Origin: Geotalea daltonii FRC-32
GTDB lineage: Bacteria > Desulfobacterota > Desulfuromonadia > Geobacterales > Geobacteraceae
Length of the DNA: 32,000 nt
Assembly (NCBI RefSeq): GCF_000022265.1
Contig: NC_011979.1
Coordinates: forward strand, 4,260,001-4,292,000
Direction: 5' to 3'
The position numbers and the translations under genes were made by a program. The notes below the pieces were generated by a model that made no database searches, was not told where the DNA came from, and saw nothing but the letters and a program-made list of their open reading frames with translations. Within the stretch, counting starts at the first letter, position 1; each line of letters opens with the position of its first letter. This document shows positions 1 to 6,606 of the stretch, in pieces.

Positions 1-302
1 AAGACCGCAAGCATCTTTCCGAGGACGGCATGGTGGTGGTCATCATCGGGATCAATCAGGGGAGCGGCGAGATCATCTATGGCCCCGACATCGTTTCCCG
101 GGGTTTCGTTTTCGAGGACGAAAGCCAGGAATACCTGGATGAAGCCAAAAAGGTTGTCGTCGATACCCTGGCGCTGGTGAACACCGAGGTGCGGGCCGAC
201 TGGAGCGAGGTCAAGCTGGAGGTGCGCCGGGTCCTGCGCCGCTTCTTCAACAAGACCATCGAGCGGCGGCCGGTGATCCTGCCGCTGGTTCTGGAAATGT
301 AG
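1..302 (+). CDS. rnj: Ribonuclease J, C-terminal end (5' part lies upstream of the window)
   Basis: The frame is open from base 3 to TAG at 300-302. The tail ...GPDIVSRGFVFEDESQEYLDEAKKVV...RRPVILPLVLEM resembles the RNase J C-terminal domain as I recall it. Family call is from memory only. Confidence 0.6.
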   Translation, partial: DRKHLSEDGMVVVIIGINQGSGEIIYGPDIVSRGFVFEDESQEYLDEAKKVVVDTLALVNTEVRADWSEVKLEVRRVLRRFFNKTIERRPVILPLVLEM

Positions 303-353
303 GGGCGGCCCCGTGTGGCCGCCCTAAATCAGGCAACCACACGGGGTTGCCCC
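302..353 (+). other. GC-rich stem-loop immediately after the rnj stop; possible terminator or 3' stabiliser, with no U-tract
   Basis: 302-318 (ggggcggccccgtgtgg) pairs with 337-353 (ccacacggggttgcccc) as 17 bp including two G.U pairs that exist only in the + strand RNA. The same bases can instead form two small hairpins (303-310/317-324 and 332-338/345-351). Confidence 0.45.
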
Positions 354-380
354 TACCGTCAAGCAAAAATGTAGAAGGTT

Positions 381-2660
381 ATGGACCAACAGAGCGACAA
401 AAAAGAAAAACTTCTCAAGGAAATGAAAGGGATCGGCCTGGGGGCCATGGGGCTGTTCCTGTTCATTGCCCTCGTCTCTTTCAATGGCAGCGATCTTTCC
501 TTCAACAGCTACTCTGCCGTCGGCGAGACCCACAACCTTGGGGGCCGTTTCGGCGCCCAGCTGGCCGATGCCTGTCTGCAGCTTTTCGGCCTTGCCGCTT
601 ACGGCATGCCCATTGCCCTCTTCTACATCACCTACCGCATCCTGCGCTATAAAGAAGTGCGCTGGCGCTCCTACAAGTTTGCCGCCTTTTTCATCCTCCT
701 CATCTCCTTAAGCGCCCTCTTCGCCTTCAATCTTGAATTCACCGAATTTCTCGGCCAGAGGGTGCAGACCGGCGGCTGGATCGGCTTCAAGACTGCCGAC
801 TTCCTCAAACGTGCCTTCGGCAAGCTGGGAACAATCCTGATCCTCCTGCCGATGCTGGCCGGATCGATCATGGTCCTGTCCCGCTTTTCCTTCATGCTCT
901 TTGCCGACTGGTGGCTGAAATCGATGAAAATCAAGTGGGAACGTCATCGGCAGCGCAAAGCACTGAACAGGGAAATCCTGGACAAGGAAAACAAGCTCGC
1001 CCCGGCCGGCGCCCCCGTGATAAAAACGGTCCCTGCTCCTATGCCGGTGCCGGCACCGGTGGCGAAAAAGGAAAAGAAACAGGATGATAAAAAGGCCGCC
1101 GCCGTCCAGGAGGCCTTTGAATTCGTCAAGAGCGACGGCAACTACCAGACTCCACCCCTATCCCTGCTGGACATGCCCCAGGTGACGGAAAAGCGCCTGG
1201 ATAAAGATGCCCTGGCCATGAATGCCAGGCTGCTGGAGAAAAAGCTCAAGGATTTCGGCGTCGAGGGGGAAGTGGTAGAAATCTGTCCCGGGCCGGTCAT
1301 CACCATGTACGAATTCGCTCCGGGCCCCGGCATCAAGGTGAGTCGAATTGCCGGACTTGCCGATGACCTGTCCATGGCGCTGCAGGCCCTCTCCATCCGC
1401 ATCGTCGCCCCTATCCCTGGCAAAGGAGTCGTTGGCATCGAACTTCCCAACCGGGACCGGGAGATGGTTTCTCTCAGGGAGATCTTCAACAGCGAGGAGT
1501 TCCACCAGCGCAAGATGAAGCTGCCGCTTGCTTTAGGTAAGGATGTCGCCGGCGCACCACTGGTTACCGATCTGGCCAAGATGCCCCACCTGCTTGTTGC
1601 CGGCGCCACCGGCTCCGGCAAGTCCGTCGCCATCAACACCATGATTCTCTCCCTCCTCTATACTTCGACCCCCAACGATGTGCGCATCATCATGGTCGAT
1701 CCGAAGATGCTGGAGCTATCCGTTTATGAGGGGATCCCCCACCTGCTGTTGCCGGTGGTAACAAACCCGAAGAAGGCCTCCCTGGCCTTGAAATGGGCGG
1801 TGGAGGAGATGGGACGCCGCTACCGGCTCATGTCCGACAAGGGAGTGCGCAATATCGACTCCTACAATAAGCAGCTGGAGCGGGAAGAAAAGGAGCTTGC
1901 GGAAAACCTGGCCAAAGAGACAGTGGTTGTGGAAGAGGTAGAGGAACTTGGTGCAGACGAAGAGGAGGCCATCCAGGCCTTCCTCAACAAAGACGAGGAG
2001 CTGGACCACGGTCACCTGCCGTATATTGTCGTCATCGTCGACGAGCTGGCCGACCTGATGATGGTGGCCGGTCGCGAAATCGAAGAATCCATCGCCCGCC
2101 TGGCCCAGATGGCCCGCGCCGCAGGTATTCACCTGATTCTCGCCACCCAGCGCCCGTCGGTAGATGTCATCACCGGTTTGATCAAGGCCAATTTCCCTGC
2201 CCGTATCTCTTTCCAGGTGTCGAGCAAGATCGACTCCCGCACCATCCTCGACGGCAACGGCGCCGAGTCGCTCCTTGGCGCCGGCGATATGCTGTTCCTC
2301 CCTCCCGGCACGTCCAAGATGCAGCGCAGCCACGGCGCTTTCGTCTCTGATGCCGAAGTGCAGCGGGTGGTGGAGTTCCTCAAGAAGCAAGGCAAGCCGG
2401 TCTACGAAAAATCGATCCTGGAAATGAGGGCCAGCGACGAAAAAAACGGCGGTGATGAAGAAGAACTCGATCCCCAGTACGATGCCGCCGTCGCCCTGGT
2501 GGCCGAGGCAAAGCAGGCATCGATCTCCATGGTCCAGCGACGGTTGAGGATCGGCTACAACCGGGCCGCCCGCATTATCGAAAAGATGGAGCAAGAAGGT
2601 ATCATCGGCCCCTCAGATGGCACCAGCAGACCACGGGAAGTGTTTATCAACAAGATCTAG
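381..2660 (+). CDS. ftsK: DNA translocase FtsK
   Basis: 759-aa ORF with N-terminal TM helices and a Pro/Lys-rich linker. Walker A is AGATGSGKS and Walker B is IVVIVDELADLMM. The C-terminal gamma winged-helix reads ISMVQRRLRIGYNRAARIIEKME. GAAGG lies 5 nt upstream of the ATG. Confidence 0.95.
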   Translation: MDQQSDKKEKLLKEMKGIGLGAMGLFLFIALVSFNGSDLSFNSYSAVGETHNLGGRFGAQLADACLQLFGLAAYGMPIALFYITYRILRYKEVRWRSYKFAAFFILLISLSALFAFNLEFTEFLGQRVQTGGWIGFKTADFLKRAFGKLGTILILLPMLAGSIMVLSRFSFMLFADWWLKSMKIKWERHRQRKALNREILDKENKLAPAGAPVIKTVPAPMPVPAPVAKKEKKQDDKKAAAVQEAFEFVKSDGNYQTPPLSLLDMPQVTEKRLDKDALAMNARLLEKKLKDFGVEGEVVEICPGPVITMYEFAPGPGIKVSRIAGLADDLSMALQALSIRIVAPIPGKGVVGIELPNRDREMVSLREIFNSEEFHQRKMKLPLALGKDVAGAPLVTDLAKMPHLLVAGATGSGKSVAINTMILSLLYTSTPNDVRIIMVDPKMLELSVYEGIPHLLLPVVTNPKKASLALKWAVEEMGRRYRLMSDKGVRNIDSYNKQLEREEKELAENLAKETVVVEEVEELGADEEEAIQAFLNKDEELDHGHLPYIVVIVDELADLMMVAGREIEESIARLAQMARAAGIHLILATQRPSVDVITGLIKANFPARISFQVSSKIDSRTILDGNGAESLLGAGDMLFLPPGTSKMQRSHGAFVSDAEVQRVVEFLKKQGKPVYEKSILEMRASDEKNGGDEEELDPQYDAAVALVAEAKQASISMVQRRLRIGYNRAARIIEKMEQEGIIGPSDGTSRPREVFINKI

Positions 2661-2680
2661 ATGGTTTGGAGAGTTATCAT

Positions 2681-3247
2681 ATGAACGACTGCCGCAAAGA
2701 CAACCTGGCCCATTTCGCCGTTACCGTCATCAGCAAGGACCGCCCCGGCATCGTCGCCGACATCTCCGAGGTCCTCTACCGCCTGGGCTGCAATCTGGAG
2801 GATTCCAGCTGCACCATGCTGGGGGGGGATTTCGCCATCATCCTCATCGTCTCCCACGAGAAGCCCTTCACCAGGGCGCGCCTGAGCGACGAATTCCGCT
2901 CTCACTTCGACCGCACCGGCCTCCATGTCCATGTGCGCACCCTCCATGATGATGAGGTCTGCCCGGTCAAGGAAGAGGGAGAGCTTTGCCTGGTCTCGGT
3001 CTATGGTTCCGACCAGCCGGGCATAGTCTACCGCGTAACGAGGGAGCTGGCGGACCGCAAAGTCAACATCACCGATCTCAACACCCGCCTCATCGGCACA
3101 AAAGAGGAACCGGTCTACGTGCTGATGCTGGAGGCAATCCTGCCACCCGGCATGTCGGTGGAAAACGTGGAGCAGTTGCTGGAAAAACTGAAAAAGGAGC
3201 TGAATGTGGAAATCAAGGTGCGCGTCATCACCCCGGTTTCCCTTTAA
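2681..3247 (+). CDS. Tandem ACT-domain protein (GcvR-like small-molecule-binding regulator family)
   Basis: Two ACT-like repeats are visible (FAVTVISKDRPGIVADISEVL... and LVSVYGSDQPGIVYRVTRELA...). The ORF track starts at TTG 2666. I prefer ATG 2681 because GGAGAG (2668-2673) sits 7 nt upstream of it. Confidence 0.7.
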   Translation: MNDCRKDNLAHFAVTVISKDRPGIVADISEVLYRLGCNLEDSSCTMLGGDFAIILIVSHEKPFTRARLSDEFRSHFDRTGLHVHVRTLHDDEVCPVKEEGELCLVSVYGSDQPGIVYRVTRELADRKVNITDLNTRLIGTKEEPVYVLMLEAILPPGMSVENVEQLLEKLKKELNVEIKVRVITPVSL

Positions 3248-3253
3248 ATACTT

Positions 3254-3760
3254 ATGCCGGGTCAGAAAATACTCCTATATCCCCATCCGGTTCTGAAGAA
3301 GCTCTGCCATCCTGTTGGCGCCATAGACGGTGAAATAAAGGGACTTCTGCAGGATCTTCTCGATTGCATGCATGCCGGTCCCGGCTCGGTGGGTGTCGCC
3401 GCCCCGCAAATCGGCGTAACGCTCAGGGTCTGCGTCGTGGATGTCTCCAACAGCAGAAACGGTAAAGACAACAATCACGGCCTTTTACAGTTGATCAATC
3501 CAGTGATAACCGAACGTAGCGGTGCAGCCATCATGCGCGAAGGATGCATGAGCGTTCCCGATTACACCGGCGATGTGGAACGGGCCACCGAAATTACGGT
3601 CCGCTTTACCGATGGGAATGGCATCGAGCGGGAGGTGAAGGCCAGCGGCTTCGAGGCGGTAGCCATTCAGCACGAGATGGACCACCTTGACGGCATGCTC
3701 TTTCTCGACCGGATCGCATCCCTGAAGACCGGACTGTTCCGGCGGAAGAACTACAAATAG
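3254..3760 (+). CDS. def: Peptide deformylase
   Basis: All three deformylase motifs are present: GVAAPQIG, EGCMSVP and QHEMDHLDG. Length is 168 aa. Confidence 0.95.
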   Translation: MPGQKILLYPHPVLKKLCHPVGAIDGEIKGLLQDLLDCMHAGPGSVGVAAPQIGVTLRVCVVDVSNSRNGKDNNHGLLQLINPVITERSGAAIMREGCMSVPDYTGDVERATEITVRFTDGNGIEREVKASGFEAVAIQHEMDHLDGMLFLDRIASLKTGLFRRKNYK

Positions 3761-3762
3761 GA

Positions 3763-3822
3763 CCCCCCTGCTTGCTTAAGCTCGCCCCCCTATTCCATGG
3801 GGGGGATTGAGGGGGGTTGGGG
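3763..3822 (+). other. C6...C6...G7...G6...G4 homopolymer-tract structure in the def/ccsA-like intergenic region, overlapping the downstream RBS
   Basis: C6 at 3763-3768 and C6 at 3785-3790; G7 at 3799-3805, G6 at 3811-3816 and G4 at 3819-3822. The C and G tracts can pair in several registers. The G tracts alone satisfy a G3+ x4 quadruplex pattern. Confidence 0.5.
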
Positions 3823-3830
3823 ACTGATTC

Positions 3831-4550
3831 ATGAAATTGCTTCTCATCGCCGCCATCGTCCTTTACCTGTTCGGCTCCTTCCGCAGGCCTGTCTTCATTG
3901 CCGCTCTGACCCTGCAGCTGGTCTATCTCGGTCTCAGGGGCGCCGCTCTTGGCAGGCTGCCGCTCATAGGCCCACAGGATACCTTGACCTTTTTCTCTGC
4001 TTCCATCGGCCTCATGGCCATCCCCTTCCTCTATGCCAGGGATCTGCGCTCCTCCTCGACTTTTTCCTGGGGCACCGGCTGCCTGACCGGGCTGTTCGCC
4101 CTGATGGCGCTTCCATTCCCCACCCTCAACATGCCGCTGCCCCCGATTCTGAACACCTACTGGTTTGAATTGCATGTGGCACTGGCTTTCTTTGCCTATG
4201 CCCTGTTCGGCATTGGGGCGCTGCTGGCAGGAATGTTTCTGCGCTACAGGGAAAAATCCCTGCTGGACCTCCAATATAAAACGGCACTTGTCGGCTACAG
4301 TTTCTTCTCCGCCTCCATGGTCTCAGGAGGCATCTGGGGTTATTACGCCTGGGGAACATACTGGCTGTGGACGCCAAAGGAGTTGTGGACCTCCATACTC
4401 TGGCTTTTCTACAGCCTCTATCTGCATCTGCGTCTGCAAGGCCCCAGGTGGGAGCGAACAGTCGCCTGGGCTGCCATTATCGGCTTCGGCGTTGCTATCT
4501 TTACCTACCTCGGAGTCAGCATGCTGATGAAAAGTTCCCATAGCTTTTAG
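3831..4550 (+). CDS. ccsA: Cytochrome c biogenesis System II haem-handling protein, CcsA/ResC family (variant WWD motif)
   Basis: 239-aa polytopic membrane protein with Trp-rich motif GIWGYYAWGTYWLWTPKELW. The conserved His contexts FELHV, LYLHL and C-terminal SSHSF are typical of CcsA/ResC. Confidence 0.8.
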   Translation: MKLLLIAAIVLYLFGSFRRPVFIAALTLQLVYLGLRGAALGRLPLIGPQDTLTFFSASIGLMAIPFLYARDLRSSSTFSWGTGCLTGLFALMALPFPTLNMPLPPILNTYWFELHVALAFFAYALFGIGALLAGMFLRYREKSLLDLQYKTALVGYSFFSASMVSGGIWGYYAWGTYWLWTPKELWTSILWLFYSLYLHLRLQGPRWERTVAWAAIIGFGVAIFTYLGVSMLMKSSHSF

Positions 4551-4641
4551 CAGGCGCCGGATGTGGCGTTGGGGCAACATTCAAAATTCCTCTCAATAAA
4601 TTTAGCTTATTACCGATATTTAATGCTAACGGAGAAATCTA

Positions 4642-5343
4642 TTGTTCGCCAAAATCTACGCAAAGCTTGCTTCGCTCAGTCTTGGCATCTGGCTGATGGC
4701 CGGAGTTATCGTTCTGCTTGCCATTGGCTCCTTCAGCGGTGGCGGTGCCGAATCCGGCTCCATCAACGACATGGCCCTTTTTGCCTGGCTCAAAGGAGCT
4801 CCACTTGCCTGGTCCTGGTGGCTCTGGCTTACCATAGCGTTCCTTGCAGTTCTTGTCGTAAACACTCTCCTGTGCAGCATCGAGTCGTTGCGCGGCAAGT
4901 TTGGACGGACCAACTTTCTTTCACTTATTGCACCGCAGGTAATGCATGCAGGCTTTCTCTTCATCGTCCTCGCCCACCTCTTTAGTGCTTACGGTGGATT
5001 GAAAGGCATTATGCAGGTAAATGACGGCCAGATTATCGGCTTTCCCGATGGCACAGGAGTTGCTGTCACAAACATACGTGGTGAACAGGGCGCCATGGGC
5101 ATGCTTACCGACTATCGGGCTGAAATCCGCGATAACAGCGGCAACGCCATCGGCGGCATCAGCCCCAACCATCCTTTCTTTTATAAGGAATTCGGCCTGT
5201 ATATCAAGGATGTGCAGCTCATTCCCCAGCGGATCGCCCTGATCGAGATCCACCGGGAGCCGGGAGCCGGCTTTGCCCTGGCAGGGGCTCTCCTCTTTAC
5301 GGTTGGGAATCTGGCTCTGCTGGCCACGCGGCGTGGCCGGTAG
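4642..5343 (+). CDS. ResB/CcsB-like cytochrome c biogenesis membrane protein (short form)
   Basis: TTG start with GGAG at 4631-4634. There is an N-terminal TM helix and a second TM WSWWLWLTIAFLAVLVVNTLLC followed by VMHAGFLFIVLAH, as in the ResB N-terminal region. The soluble segment is much shorter than in typical ResB. There is a C-terminal TM helix. Confidence 0.6.
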   Translation: MFAKIYAKLASLSLGIWLMAGVIVLLAIGSFSGGGAESGSINDMALFAWLKGAPLAWSWWLWLTIAFLAVLVVNTLLCSIESLRGKFGRTNFLSLIAPQVMHAGFLFIVLAHLFSAYGGLKGIMQVNDGQIIGFPDGTGVAVTNIRGEQGAMGMLTDYRAEIRDNSGNAIGGISPNHPFFYKEFGLYIKDVQLIPQRIALIEIHREPGAGFALAGALLFTVGNLALLATRRGR

Positions 5344-5428
5344 CAAGCAAGGTGGCCCAGGTTTTCGATAGCTTGTTTGACAGTGACTAATGAACCGTTA
5401 TTTAGCGGGCACGCCATATTTATAGTTA

Positions 5429-5604
5429 ATTTCCATCCGGAAAGGGTTCTTTTCTGCCCTGGCGGCGTCAATCTGCGGGCTTACTTGTGCGACGTACCGA
5501 TGTACGTCTCCGCGCAAGCCCTTGATTATCTTGCCAGAACAAAAAATCCCCTCTTTCCGAATCGAAAACCACTAGTTTCTCATCCGGAGTTTCCGGATGG
5601 AAAT
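5429..5604 (+). mobile_element. 176-bp MITE-like repeat, copy 1
   Basis: The ends ATTTCCATCCGGAAA (5429-5443) and TTTCCGGATGGAAAT (5590-5604) are perfect 15-bp inverted repeats. They are flanked by direct TAGTTA at 5423-5428 and 5605-5610. The element is 169/176 identical to the reverse complement of 18139-18314. Confidence 0.6.
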
Positions 5605-5663
5605 TAGTTAAAGGCTGCACCCGCCTGTTGTAAAACACTTGCCGGTGGAGTTGGAGGTGCCTT

Positions 5664-6599
5664 ATGTCACGCTTTGAACTGTCATTACTGGCAATGTCTC
5701 TGTTGGTCTCTCTTACCACGGCCTGCACCTCTCAGGACTCCCCTACCCCGATTAACACCTCCAGGACCGAAGTCGTTCAGCAACGGGACCCAACCCAGGG
5801 AAACAGGATCCGCATCGCCCTGGGAGGTATGATTACCCCAAAGGAAGGTCTCGCCTATTATCGTGAATTCCTCGAATATCTGGGCAGACAGATCGGTCAA
5901 CCGGTTGAATATGTGGATGCAGAAGACTATGCCGAGATAAACAGAAAACTGGAAACCGGCGAACTGGAAGCCGCGTTTGTCTGCAGCGGACCCTATGTTG
6001 ACGGCAAGGAAAAATTCGGTCTTGAATTCATCGCCGCGCCGCAGGCCTATGGAGAGAAGGTATACTATTCCTATTTCATCGTTCCCTCAAAGAGTCAGGT
6101 AACAAGCCTTGACGGCCTCAAGGGAAAATCCTTTGCCTTTACCGACCCCCTTTCCAACAGTGGAAAGCTCGTACCGGAATATACCCTGGCCAGGATGGGG
6201 ACAACACCTGAGCGTTTCTTCAGTAAGATCTCCTACTCCGGTTCCCACGATAAATCAATCAAGGCTGTTTCCGAAGGTCTGGTTGACGGTGCGGCGGTAG
6301 ACAGCCTCATCTGGGAATACAAAAATCAGAAATATCCGGAGCAAACGGCAAACACCCGCATCATTTTCAAGTCGAAACCCTATGCACCTCCTCCGTTCGT
6401 CGTCCGGCCCGGACTCGATCCGGCCATCAGGGAAAAGCTTCGCCAGGTAATGCTCAATGCCCACAAGTCGCCGGAAGGCAAGGTTATCCTTAGCAAAATG
6501 ATGATAGACCGTTTTGTCCCTCTCAACGATTCGGCATATGATTCCGTTCGCCAAATCAAGCTCTGGGTAGATAAACCAAAACCAGGCAAACCGAGATAA
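5664..6599 (+). CDS. PhnD-like (phosphate/phosphonate-type) periplasmic substrate-binding lipoprotein
   Basis: Signal peptide with lipobox LTTAC. The body (GGMITPKEGL..., FVCSGPYV, GKSFAFTDPLSNSGKLVPEY) resembles the PhnD/Phosphonate-bd family. GGAGG lies 7 nt upstream of the ATG. No ABC permease or ATPase gene is adjacent. Confidence 0.75.
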   Translation: MSRFELSLLAMSLLVSLTTACTSQDSPTPINTSRTEVVQQRDPTQGNRIRIALGGMITPKEGLAYYREFLEYLGRQIGQPVEYVDAEDYAEINRKLETGELEAAFVCSGPYVDGKEKFGLEFIAAPQAYGEKVYYSYFIVPSKSQVTSLDGLKGKSFAFTDPLSNSGKLVPEYTLARMGTTPERFFSKISYSGSHDKSIKAVSEGLVDGAAVDSLIWEYKNQKYPEQTANTRIIFKSKPYAPPPFVVRPGLDPAIREKLRQVMLNAHKSPEGKVILSKMMIDRFVPLNDSAYDSVRQIKLWVDKPKPGKPR

Positions 6600-6606
6600 A
6601 CACGCC

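Noticed and set aside
1716-2594. 292-aa ORF on the - strand; similar cases at 13169-13849, 3606-4274, 18581-19498 and 22450-22950
   Set aside because: These are antisense shadows of ftsK, uvrA, the def/ccsA region, PBP1A and pyk. They have no RBS, no domains, and skewed Gly/Arg/Pro-rich composition.
3797-4168. 123-aa ORF beginning in the G-tract (MGGIEGGWG...)
   Set aside because: It overlaps the well-supported ccsA-like gene out of frame, and its start is an artefact of the G-runs.
5429-5604. The repeat could be a known structured RNA: 6S RNA (similar size, long closing helix) or a cobalamin riboswitch (aaaaccactag vaguely resembles a B12 box)
   Set aside because: - There is no B12-box GCCACTG and none of the other conserved cobalamin blocks.
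- 6S RNA would not be expected as two 96% identical copies, each bounded by its own direct duplication.
- Two inter-copy substitutions break candidate pairs.
- I cannot exclude an unnamed RNA family; see the findings.
5377-5607. ORFs spanning the repeat (76 aa here, 98 aa at 18136-18432) share a C-terminal ~60 aa. Of the inter-copy differences, 3 are synonymous and the remaining codon changes are mild (L/I, Y/F, N/S).
   Set aside because: - The shared part has no common start codon with an RBS; the only internal ATG is preceded by cgacgtaccg.
- The N-termini are unrelated flanking sequence.
- The stop codon is the TAG of the flanking duplication.
- Seven substitutions are too few to infer purifying selection.
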